Shown: positions 1 to 8,860, counted from the first letter of the whole stretch. The stretch is DNA of 63,256 bases, filler included, from Candidatus Fermentibacterota bacterium (GCA_016928395.1; 8 parts of 8 records of this genome joined end to end with filler, not necessarily neighbours in it); one strand, 5' to 3'. The notes: generated from the sequence alone by a model not told the origin. Numbers and translations: made by a program.

Positions 1-381
1 CGCCGCCCGGCTCCCCCCCCCCCCCCCCGCAGCGACGATCCGCCCCGCCAGCGCACCCACCAGGCCGAGGGAGAGCGAGGAGACGAGCTTGCCCCAGAAT
101 GCAGGGTCGCGCCCGAGCATCGTCAGGTCGCCCAGCAGCAGCGCGAACAGGGGCGAGGTCCTGCCCAGGACCCGCTGTCCCGGATTGTAGACCAGGCCAT
201 GGCCCGATGCCAGGTTGCGGGCATACCGGTAGGTGATGTACGGATCATCGTTGTCAAAGCGCCACAACCAGACGCCGACGAGCACCCCCAGCACCGCAGG
301 AACACCCCACGCCAGGAGCCTGGTCGGCAACCCAGGGCTCTCCCGCCCCACCTCTTTCCTCCGCGACGCGTCGAGACTCAT
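1..381 (-). CDS. Membrane GT-C-fold glycosyltransferase (AftB-like), N-terminal part; runs off the window start
   Basis: Not in the ORF track. Manual translation from ATG 381 (RBS GGAGGAGG): MSLDASRRKE...WLWRFDNDDPYITYRYARNLASGHGLVYNPGQRVLGRTSPLFALLL, matching the DDxYIxxRYAxNxxxGxGLVYNPGxRVxGxTSPL motif. The frame is open to base 1. Confidence 0.7.
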   Translation of the reverse strand, partial: MSLDASRRKEVGRESPGLPTRLLAWGVPAVLGVLVGVWLWRFDNDDPYITYRYARNLASGHGLVYNPGQRVLGRTSPLFALLLGDLTMLGRDPAFWGKLVSSLSLGLVGALAGRIVAAGGGGGSRAA

Positions 382-617
382 TCTCCGCCTCCTCCCGAGA
401 GTTCAGGGGCTCTGCTCTGGAGCGCTTAGTTTTGGTTTTGCTCTCGGCTCAACGGCGGGGTCACGCACCCCGCCGCATGGCTCTAGCCACGCCGCTCCTT
501 GTATCCCCAGTGGGTAGGTGGTACTCAGGGAGAGATCGGAGGTCAAGGGACGTGACAGGCCGGCCGCTCCCAAGACGAACAATCCGAGGGCGTGTCGTGT
601 GACAGAGAGGAGGTTTG

Positions 618-739
618 GCCTCTCGTGTCCCCTGCGCCTTCGTGCCATACCGGGAAACCAGGAGATCCATCCTCCCCGCGAGGGCGAAGTTGCTCAACGT
701 AGCCGTGTCGAAGAAGTAGATGCCTGAACGTTCAGGCAT
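618..739 (-). pseudogene. Truncated PIN-domain (DUF3368-like) toxin remnant
   Basis: MPERSGIYFFDTATLSNFALAGRMDLLVSRYG resembles the PIN N-terminus (hhhDtsxLxnFaxxxxxdLL). Similarity is lost after about 40 aa. Confidence 0.4.
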
Positions 740-1161
740 TGGCGGCGTCCCGGTCACCGTCAGACCCTCAGCGTGAAGCTCCGCCACATGAGTCGGGTGG
801 TCCCGTAACATTCGACCTGCATTCGACCTGCGCGCCCACGATCACGAGACCCGGCGCGCGGCTTCAGAACTGTCCAGGGACGAACAGCACCTATCCATCA
901 TCGTACAGGTGCGGGCACTGCTGCACCTGCATGCGAGTTCCGTTGTCGTGCCGTCGAAGATCCGCCGTCCTGAACCCCACGCCTGCTAGCGATTTCGGTT
1001 CGCTTTGCTCCTGGGAGGCAAGGTGGGAGGAGAGGTGGGGAAGCAGTCAGGGTTCGGGATTCAGTCGGGCCTCTGAGGGCGAAGGCACTCAGATTCTCGG
1101 AGGTTAAGAGCACAGCGCTTTGCACATGGGCGGTGCGGGTCTCCTACAGTGTAGCCATGCC

Positions 1162-1188
1162 GCCCCGCATCCACAGGTGCGGGGGCAA
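1162..1188. repeat. Dispersed short palindrome CCCCGCATCC(A/G)CAGGTGCGGGG(G)CAA; other copies at 7766-7790 and 44003-44029
   Basis: Three near-identical intergenic hairpin copies read directly from the sequence. Confidence 0.75.
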
Positions 1189-1575
1189 CCTCTGCGGCGA
1201 GCCACACCGGCGGGCACAAAGTCCCGGGCAAAGGTCCGCGAGGAACCGTTGCCTCATAGGGGCAAAGCTCTGATTCCGCCCGCCTCGGGGTCGGTATCGA
1301 TATCGTTGTCGTGATCGATGAGCCGGGCCTTTGAGCACTGAATGATGGAACAATGGAACGTTGGATGATTCGACGAATGGATAGGCCTTCTGGATCCTGA
1401 ATGCCGCGCACGCCCGACTGCCGCCCTGGCCACGTCAGTCTCCAAGCCTGAGATGATCACGACATCTCTTTTGCTACCACCTTCCATCAGACTGGCACGT
1501 AACGTGCGTAACTGCAGCACGTTCGAGACGTAGCACCCTGCCGCGGCACCCTTTCTCTCCACAGGAGGGTTTCCT

Positions 1576-4146
1576 GTGAACACGACGTTGCTGGTAGCTG
1601 TTGCCGTGCCGTGCCTGCTTTTCGGCATTGCCTCCCCAGCCTCCGCTCTCCGCGGTTTTGCCCCGCACGGCATGGGTCCCGGCTATCCTGACTGCGCCAA
1701 CGGGCGTAAGACCACCCCGCCCTCACTTCCGGCTTGCCGGATCACGAACGGTGGCGTGTATATCGACGGGTATCTGACCGAGGAAGACTGGGTCTCGGCT
1801 CCCGCGGCCACGGGCTTCACCCAGTTCGAGCCGGACCGGCGTGGCGAGCCTTCCGAAGACACAGTCTTCAAGGTCCTCTACGACGATGATGCGCTCTACG
1901 TGGGGGTTGCATGCTTCCGATCCAACGGCGCCCCCGTGACGAGTTGTCTCTCCCGCCGGGACCACATCACCTCGTCCGACTTGATCCGCGTCTACCTGAG
2001 CCCCTATCACGACATGGTCACCGGGTACCACTTCCGCATCAATCCCGATGGTGTCATGGAGGACTACTACAACTACGGCGACCTCTTCCATGACGTGTCG
2101 TGGAATGGCGTGTGGCAGGCCGACACCCATGTGGATGACCATGGCTGGTATGCCGAGATGCGCATTCCGTTCTCCATCCTTCGATACCGTCCATCCGAGT
2201 CGATGACATGGGGATTCAACGTGTTCCAGCACATCATGAGTTGTGGCGAGCGGACCGCCTGGTCCAACTGGGGCCGCGATCAGCAGGGCTTCATGAGCCG
2301 CTCGGGCACGATCACCGGCATCGCCGGCATCAGGGCGCCCCGGCAACTGGAGATCATGCCGTACACGGTGGCAAGTCTCACCGATCCTTCGATCGTTGGC
2401 GAGGGCGACGAGCTGACCACCTATGGGAACATCGGCGCTGATCTGAAGTACGGCGTGACCGCGGATCTCACCTTGAACGCCACCCTGCAGCCCGACTTTG
2501 GCCAGGTGGAGGCTGACCCCTCACTGCTCAACCTCTCGCCCTATGAGACGTTCTACGAGGAGAAACGACCGTTTTTCGTCGAGGGAGCCCAGTTCTTCTT
2601 TCATCCCGATTTCACGGTGTTCTACTCACGGCGCATCGGCACAGGGAGCGAGTACTCGCGGATTCGGTATGCCGGCAAAATCACTGGCAAGACCGCGGGC
2701 AATATCTCGACGGCGGTGCTGGTTGCCGCCACCGACGAAGCCGGGGAGGGCCGATCCCACAACCCATTCCGGGCCGGCGTACACCGAGCCCACTATGCCA
2801 TCGGCCGGTTCGGCAAGCAGTTCCACCGAGGGATGCACCACCTCAACCTGATGCAGACCGCCGTAGTACGCGACGCGGACACCTTCGACGGCATGACGCG
2901 GAACGGCTACACCACCGGGGCAGACTTCGAGCTCAACTTCAGGGATCGGATGTACCAGGCCACGGGCTCCTTCGTGGGGAGCGTGGTGGACATTCTGCGG
3001 GACCCCGCAAATCCCTCTGTGGATCCAGCTCCTTCCTATGGCACCGGGAGCCGCCTGGAGTTCGAGAAGATGTCGGGGAATTGGCGGTTCGCGCTGACGA
3101 CGCGCCACCAGAGCGATGAGTTGGATATCAACGATCTCGGTTACATCAACAACCCGAACCACAAGGCAGTACAGGGCTGGATCTCCAGGGTCTTCAATGC
3201 CGACGACGAGAAGAGCTTCATCACCAATGCGAGCCTCCAGCTGCGATACTATCGGAGCTGGGTCTGGGCCGGGCGTCATGTGGTTCATCACGAAGACTCC
3301 TCGCGGACATTGTGGTCGTATGACCGCGGCCATGGCCTGCTGTCATCCCTCAACTTCGAGGCCAGCCTGGACGCCCGCAACTGCTGGGGGGCATGGTGCG
3401 GGATGACCTACAATGATGACTACACAGATCTCTTCTCGACCCGCAGGGCCGTCGATGGCGGGCAGGGGCCGCTCATGTCACGACCGAGAGAGCATCTTGC
3501 CTGGGCGGGGTTCTACACCGACTCGCGCAAGAACCTTCAGATGAACGTGAGCATCCAGCAGGGCGGCGACCGGGCCGGGGGTCGCGAACTCACCCTGGAA
3601 AGCTCCGCATCATGGATCCAGAATAGCAGGATGAACCATACGCTCTCTGGCCGGTTCTCGAGACGTCACGTCGATGCCCAGTGGATCGGCAACTTCGCGA
3701 ATCCCGGGGGCGGCATCGGTGGGACAAGCTATGTCTTCGCTGCGCTAGATCAGCGCCTGTGGAATCTCACTGTGCGGAGCAGCCTGCAGTTCAGCAGGGA
3801 CGCCTCGATCGAGCTGTACCTGCAGCCCTTTCTTACGGTGGGGAGCTACGCCAATGCCCGGGAGCTGGCTTTGCCGGATACGTATGATTTTGCCACCTAC
3901 CCATATGATGCTTCGTCGCATGACTTCTCCTACGGCGCAGTGAACCTCAACATGGTCTACCGCTGGGAATACGCGCCGGGGGCTACCGTGTACCTCGTGT
4001 GGACCCATACCAGGGACAGATTCGATTCCCGGGGAAATCCCGCGTCGAACGGCGGATTCGACAACGGGTTCGGCACCAGGCCCCTGTTCGACAACGAGCC
4101 TGAGAACCGCGTCATGCTCAAGGTCAGCTACTGGTTCTCGCTGTAG
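1576..4146 (+). CDS. Secreted CBM9-like + DUF5916 domain protein (probable outer-membrane carbohydrate-binding protein)
   Basis: Signal peptide; IDGYLTEEDW and WYAEMRIPFSILRY (CBM9-like); NATLQPDFGQVEAD...EKRPFFVEG...FYSRRIG (DUF5916); terminal KVSYWFSL barrel-like end; RBS AGGAGG. Confidence 0.85.
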   Translation: MNTTLLVAVAVPCLLFGIASPASALRGFAPHGMGPGYPDCANGRKTTPPSLPACRITNGGVYIDGYLTEEDWVSAPAATGFTQFEPDRRGEPSEDTVFKVLYDDDALYVGVACFRSNGAPVTSCLSRRDHITSSDLIRVYLSPYHDMVTGYHFRINPDGVMEDYYNYGDLFHDVSWNGVWQADTHVDDHGWYAEMRIPFSILRYRPSESMTWGFNVFQHIMSCGERTAWSNWGRDQQGFMSRSGTITGIAGIRAPRQLEIMPYTVASLTDPSIVGEGDELTTYGNIGADLKYGVTADLTLNATLQPDFGQVEADPSLLNLSPYETFYEEKRPFFVEGAQFFFHPDFTVFYSRRIGTGSEYSRIRYAGKITGKTAGNISTAVLVAATDEAGEGRSHNPFRAGVHRAHYAIGRFGKQFHRGMHHLNLMQTAVVRDADTFDGMTRNGYTTGADFELNFRDRMYQATGSFVGSVVDILRDPANPSVDPAPSYGTGSRLEFEKMSGNWRFALTTRHQSDELDINDLGYINNPNHKAVQGWISRVFNADDEKSFITNASLQLRYYRSWVWAGRHVVHHEDSSRTLWSYDRGHGLLSSLNFEASLDARNCWGAWCGMTYNDDYTDLFSTRRAVDGGQGPLMSRPREHLAWAGFYTDSRKNLQMNVSIQQGGDRAGGRELTLESSASWIQNSRMNHTLSGRFSRRHVDAQWIGNFANPGGGIGGTSYVFAALDQRLWNLTVRSSLQFSRDASIELYLQPFLTVGSYANARELALPDTYDFATYPYDASSHDFSYGAVNLNMVYRWEYAPGATVYLVWTHTRDRFDSRGNPASNGGFDNGFGTRPLFDNEPENRVMLKVSYWFSL

Positions 4147-4500
4147 GCCGCATGCAGGGTGGCAGTCGGGCCCAACATCGAGTCCCGAACCCTTGAGGCT
4201 GGCGTGCCCGCTGTGGGAGGCTGGTGCGGAACGCAAGACAATGTTGCCAGTGCGACAACCGCGGTACCGTGGCACCGACCTGGCACGGCATCTCGGTGTG
4301 GCGACATACCGCATCAATCGGCAGGTCGTGTCAGGAGAACTGAGTGACATCGCGCAGTCGATCGCAGACTCGTGGGCTGCGTAATGCACGTTCTGCATCA
4401 ATGTCCCCGAGGTCGCGCACGAATCACGTCTGGCAGTGAGGCTCGGCGAGGAGCTCGTTCACACGGAAGGTCTCACGCTGACCAACGTGCAGCAGGTTTA
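4147..4500 (+). pseudogene. Decayed C-terminal fragments of REP-associated tyrosine transposase (RAYT)-like genes
   Basis: Frameshifted fragments ...RYRGTDLARHLGVATYRINRQVVSGELSDI and ...AVRLGEELVHTEGLTL resemble the C-terminal HTH tails of RAYT-like proteins (recall-based). Confidence 0.35.
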
Positions 4501-4617
4501 CAACGTAGCAGCGTTCCGGGGTCGCGCGGGATTGAGGCAGTATCCTGTTGACAGTTCATTGGTATTTACCATACCCTTCTGGTGGCATACTTCGGCATGG
4601 GGACGAAAGGAGGATTC

Positions 4618-7542
4618 GTGGCTAGCCGCCTAATGCGATGGCGTAGTGCAACCCCTCGACCACTCGCCCTTCTTGTCGTTACGACTGTGTCTACCGCATC
4701 GATGGGTTGGGCTTCTTCCAACGTATGCATCCAGCTATCAGGCACCGCCGAAAGAATCTTCATTGAGTATGATCTAATGAATCATCAGGTGCGCCCCGTA
4801 CTCATTGCCGACGAGGAATTCGAACAGATCATCCTGGCCGGAGAGGCTTCCACCATGGAAGAGGGTGCTCCCAGCCTGCCCGTGGTGTGCAGAAGCGTCA
4901 TAATCCCCGATGACAGAAGCATTTCTGTTCGAGTCGTCACTGCTGACTACTATGAAGTATCAGCCAGGATTGCTCCATCAAAGGGCTCAATCTCGCGACA
5001 CCTCGACCCAGATGATGTTCCGTACAGGTTCGGCCAGGCGTACGAGCACGACTTCTTCTATCCCGAGAACGTGGTAACGCTTGGTGAACCGTATCTCCTG
5101 AGAGACTATCGCGGTGTGGTGGTGAAGTTTCACCCGTTTCGATACAATCCTCACACCCGTACACTCCGTGTCTATACCCGGGTAGCAGTTGAGCTGTTCG
5201 ACTCAGGGCCCCACGGGGAAAACCCTCTCCGGAGACGCACCAGACCGCGAACACCAAGTCGCGCGTTCGATCAGCTCTACACACATCAGTTCCTGAACTA
5301 CGATTCGTATTCACGGTACGAACCGTTGGACGAAGAGGGTGAGCTTCTGATTATCGCGTATGACCCATGGGTGCCCTATGTGCATCCCCTGATAGCACAC
5401 AAGGGCAGCATAGGTATCACGACGGAGCTTGTCCCGGTCTCAACCGTTGGCAACACTGCAGATGCCATCAAGGGGCTCATCCAGGATCGGTTCGACAACG
5501 GCAATCTGGCCTTCGTTCTCCTGGTTGGCGACGCTGAGCACGTGGCATCACCGGAGTACGTGATGTACGATGAAGTTGGGCCCTCTGATCCTACCTACTC
5601 CCTGCTGGCTGGTGACGACCCATACCCCGATGTCATGGTGGGCCGCCTGTCCGCCGAAAGCGCCGCCCATGTCATGACGCAGGTCGAGCGGATTATCGAG
5701 TATGAGCAGTTGCCGGCAACTGGAGAGGAATGGTTTTGGCGGGGAACTGGGCTCGGGTCGGATCAGGGACCGGGGGATGACGGCGAGATGGACTACGAGC
5801 ACATCGAGAACATCAGGCTCCTCCTCCTCGATCATGGCTATGCTGAAGTGGATCAGTTCTATGATCCCGGGGCATCGGCGGCCGATGTGCGTGACGCGCT
5901 GAACAATGGACGCGGAATAGTAAACTACTGCGGACACGGTGGACCCGGGGGTTGGAGCACCGGTGGCTTCAGTATCGGGCACGTGGACGCCCTGATCAAC
6001 GACAATATGCTGCCGTTTATATTCAGCGTTGCCTGCGGGACGGGCTCGTTCCAGGGCACCACGTGTCTAGGAGAAGCATTCTTGCGCGCAACACACGGGT
6101 CAGAACCGACCGGAGCCATAGGCTTCTTCGGGGGGAGCCTCTCACAGGCCTGGAGTGAGCCGATGGAGGCGCAGGATGAGTTCAACAGCCTCCTCGTGGA
6201 GGAAGCGTATGTCAGCTATGGGACGCTCTGTTATGCGGGCTGCTGTTCCATGATGGACCAGTATGGTGGTGGCGGCCTGCATATGTTCATGACGTGGCAC
6301 GTCTTCGGTGATCCGTCAGTGAGGGTTGTCGGCGCTTCCCCGCCACCCTCTGGTGTGCGTGTTGAGCCGTTCACCGGCCTGGTCTCATCGGGACCCATCG
6401 GTGGGCCCTTCACGCCCTCCTCTCTCCTCTTCACCCTCACGAATCTCGAGGGTGTTCCCATCACGTTCGAGGTGAGCACGACCCATTCGTGGATCGACGT
6501 GAGCACCATGGGAGGTATCATACCCCCGAGGGGTCAGGCACATGTCACGGTGACCATCAACGACCTCGCCGACGGTTTCGACGAGGGCCGCTACCAAGCA
6601 CAACTAGACTTTGTCAATACCACTGACCACGCGGGTGACACCCAGCGATTAGTCCTTCTCGACGTAGGAGTACCCATTCCCGTGCACAGCTTTTCGTTGG
6701 ATACCGATCCGGGCTGGTCGATGACGGGAGAATGGGCGTTCGGGCAGCCGGCCGGCGTGGGAGGGCATCTCTACGGCTATCCCGACCCAGACAGCGGGGC
6801 CACCGGAGTCAATGTGTACGGTGTCAACCTGAATGGGGACTACTCACCAGCACCCGGCGGCCCATTCTACCTCACAACGCCGGCAATGGATTGCCGCCAC
6901 GTCAGCCAGGTGAGCCTCCACTTCCAGCGGTGGCTCAATACCGATTTCCAGCCGTACACCTTTGCCACACTGGAGATATCGGAGAACGGAACGGAGTGGG
7001 TAATGATTTGGCAGAACGGGGGCGCCGAAATCGCCGAATGCGCGTGGGAAGAACACGCCTATGACATCTCGGCACTGGCTGACTCCTGCCATTCAGTCTA
7101 TGTGCGCTGGGGGTATCAAACCGATGGTCCCGCGTACCCATACTCGGGATGGAACATCGACGAGGTGAGGATCTTCGGGATGTGCCGTCTCACCGGGGTT
7201 CCGAAGAGCCCAGAAGGTGTCATGCTGGAAAGCGATGGCACCGGCGGCCTGCTCCTCTCCTGGAGCCCGGTCACCGAAGACATGATGGGGGCACCGATTA
7301 CCATCGATCGCTACGAGGTATTCCGGAATACGATCCCTCACTACTCGATCGCTTCTTTGCTACCTGTAGGCGCTTCCTTGACACCCCAGTTCGCGGATGA
7401 AGACGTCACGGGGAATCCCGAGACGAACTACTACTACAGAGTCACGGCGGTGACCGAGAGTGGTGTCGTGTCACCAGCGTCGGAACCCGTCGGAGAATTC
7501 GACTACCTACAGAGCATCCCATGTGGAACATTCGACCGATAG
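4618..7542 (+). CDS. Secreted C25 (gingipain-like) cysteine peptidase with propeptide, BACON-like and beta-sandwich domains and a C-terminal 'VGE' domain
   Basis: GTG 4618 after GGAGGA. Propeptide (GAPSLPVVCRSVIIP), FVLLVGD, VGRLSAES, catalytic His (NYCGHGG) and Cys (FSVACGTG), WHVFGDPS. Confidence 0.9.
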   Translation: MASRLMRWRSATPRPLALLVVTTVSTASMGWASSNVCIQLSGTAERIFIEYDLMNHQVRPVLIADEEFEQIILAGEASTMEEGAPSLPVVCRSVIIPDDRSISVRVVTADYYEVSARIAPSKGSISRHLDPDDVPYRFGQAYEHDFFYPENVVTLGEPYLLRDYRGVVVKFHPFRYNPHTRTLRVYTRVAVELFDSGPHGENPLRRRTRPRTPSRAFDQLYTHQFLNYDSYSRYEPLDEEGELLIIAYDPWVPYVHPLIAHKGSIGITTELVPVSTVGNTADAIKGLIQDRFDNGNLAFVLLVGDAEHVASPEYVMYDEVGPSDPTYSLLAGDDPYPDVMVGRLSAESAAHVMTQVERIIEYEQLPATGEEWFWRGTGLGSDQGPGDDGEMDYEHIENIRLLLLDHGYAEVDQFYDPGASAADVRDALNNGRGIVNYCGHGGPGGWSTGGFSIGHVDALINDNMLPFIFSVACGTGSFQGTTCLGEAFLRATHGSEPTGAIGFFGGSLSQAWSEPMEAQDEFNSLLVEEAYVSYGTLCYAGCCSMMDQYGGGGLHMFMTWHVFGDPSVRVVGASPPPSGVRVEPFTGLVSSGPIGGPFTPSSLLFTLTNLEGVPITFEVSTTHSWIDVSTMGGIIPPRGQAHVTVTINDLADGFDEGRYQAQLDFVNTTDHAGDTQRLVLLDVGVPIPVHSFSLDTDPGWSMTGEWAFGQPAGVGGHLYGYPDPDSGATGVNVYGVNLNGDYSPAPGGPFYLTTPAMDCRHVSQVSLHFQRWLNTDFQPYTFATLEISENGTEWVMIWQNGGAEIAECAWEEHAYDISALADSCHSVYVRWGYQTDGPAYPYSGWNIDEVRIFGMCRLTGVPKSPEGVMLESDGTGGLLLSWSPVTEDMMGAPITIDRYEVFRNTIPHYSIASLLPVGASLTPQFADEDVTGNPETNYYYRVTAVTESGVVSPASEPVGEFDYLQSIPCGTFDR

Positions 7543-7568
7543 CGCCTTCGGAGCCGCGCAGGGGATCC

Positions 7569-7755
7569 GTGGCGCCGGGGACGTAAGGCACGCGTCGGGG
7601 TAATCGGCGAGGTGGAGCGAATGAGAAAGTCGTACGGTGAAGGAGTAGCGAGCAACCTGTCTGCCTCCTGCCTGTGCGTGGCCGCACGCAGACAGGTGCC
7701 GGCACCGGCAGGCACCGGCCCTGAGTCATGCGGCGAAGGCAGCAAAGGAGCTGCT
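7569..7755 (+). mobile_element. 5' (domain I) remnant of a group II intron, with no RT ORF
   Basis: ATGAGAAAGTCGTACGGTGAAGGAGTAGCGAGCAA/CACCGGCCCTGAGTCATGCG matches a widespread bacterial group II intron domain-I segment once the 57-bp insert is removed. Starts with GTGGCGCC (intron 5' consensus GTGCG). Recall-based. Confidence 0.55.
7656..7712. mobile_element. Two nested ~27-30 bp palindromic micro-elements (CCTG...CAGG)
   Basis: Inner CCTGCCTGTGCGTGGCCGCACGCAGACAGG (7667-7696) lies inside outer CCTGTCTGCCT/TGCCGGCACCGGCAGG. A related CCTGCCTTCGGCAGGCAGG is at 7999-8017. Confidence 0.65.
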
Positions 7756-8190
7756 CAGGGTCAGACCCCGCATCCGCAGGTGCGGGGCAAGCTTTGCCAT
7801 GTGACAGGAGGATGGGGGGGGAAGCGATCTATGGGGGCGGTAACCGGCGCCATAGATCGAATGCGGAACGCGGAATTCGGATTGCAGCGCAGGAAGCCCG
7901 ATTGAGAGGTCGGCAATCTCCAATCGGCAGTCAGCCCATTGCGCAGGGGGGCATCCGCCTCCGCTGACGCTGCGCCGTGGCAGGAGCGCCGTTCGATACC
8001 TGCCTTCGGCAGGCAGGCGCACCAGGCTCTCCGAGTAGGCCGGCGAAGCCCCTTCGACTGATCAACACCCACGCCACGGCACCATACTGAGGTCAGAATA
8101 GTGCCGCCCACGAGCTCATCTGGCCTCTGGACGTAGCACCGTACAACCGCGAAGCATCCCGAGTTGGGGCCGGTCTAGTAAAGGTGCACC

Positions 8191-8439
8191 ATGAGAACTC
8201 AACTGATTCGGATCGGCAATTCCCGTGGGGTGCGAATCCCGAAGCCGCTTATAGAGCAAGCCGGATTGAGCGAGGAAGTCGAGCTACATGTTCGCAAAGG
8301 GCAGATCGTGCTCTCACGCCCGGCCTCGGCCCGCGATGGTTGGGCACGGGCGGTTGCTGAGCTTGCTGCCCGTGGCGAGGACACGCTTCTCGACCCGCCG
8401 ACGAGCACCTCCTTCGATCGTAACGAGTGGGAATGGTGA
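8191..8439 (+). CDS. mazE: MazE/AbrB-family antitoxin
   Basis: MRTQLIRIGNSRGVRIPKPLIEQAGL AbrB fold; ends in ...FDRNEWEW; overlaps the toxin start. Confidence 0.9.
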   Translation: MRTQLIRIGNSRGVRIPKPLIEQAGLSEEVELHVRKGQIVLSRPASARDGWARAVAELAARGEDTLLDPPTSTSFDRNEWEW

Positions 8440-8768
8440 CTGAGACCTAGGCTCGTCGCGGCGACATCTTCCTCGTAGGACTCGATCCGACTCGACGACA
8501 AGAGATTCGAACGACCAGACCTTGCCTCGTAATCTCACCCGACGAGCTCAACGAGTACATTCAGACAGTCATCGTCGCACCACTGACGACGGGTAGTCGA
8601 GCCTATCCCTTTCGAGTGGCCTGCACCTTTCAGGGAAAGCGTAAACACATCGTACTCGATCAACTGCGTACCGTAGACCGAACTCGGCTGTTTCGCCGGC
8701 TCGGAACGGTGACCGCATCGGTTGTGGCTCGTTCACTTGGGGTCCTCCAGGAGATGTTCGCGCCGTAG
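8427..8768 (+). pseudogene. mazF: MazF/PemK toxin with a premature in-frame TAG (8448-8450)
   Basis: Manual translation: MGMVTET*ARRGDIFLVGLDPTRRQEIRTTRPCLVISPDELNEYIQTVIVAPLTT...IVLDQLRTVDRTRL...LQEMFAP*. Confidence 0.85.
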
Positions 8769-8782
8769 GACGCCGCTTCAGG

Positions 8783-8860
8783 TCATCGCGAGGACCCGCG
8801 CCCGTCAGGCGGGGGACATGGCAATCTAGGTCGGAGATTGCCACGCTTCGCTCGCAATGA
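8783..8860. repeat. RPE/REP-like palindromic element
   Basis: Outer TCATCGCGAG...CTCGCAATGA and inner TGGCAATCT...AGATTGCCA inverted repeats, just after mazF. Confidence 0.6.

Noticed and set aside
4548-4576. Sigma70 promoter for the C25 peptidase (TTGACA at 4548)
   Set aside because: No convincing -10 box at 16-18 bp spacing.
7569-7755. Functional group II intron
   Set aside because: Only a short 5' segment is present. There is no RT/maturase ORF or domain V/VI, and it is interrupted by insertions.
8448-8450. Amber recoding (pyrrolysine or alternative genetic code) explaining TAG in mazF and ybaN
   Set aside because: TAG ends many intact genes here (for example at 4146, 7542, 37345 and the kinase). 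ybaN also has a TGA, and both genes show other decay.
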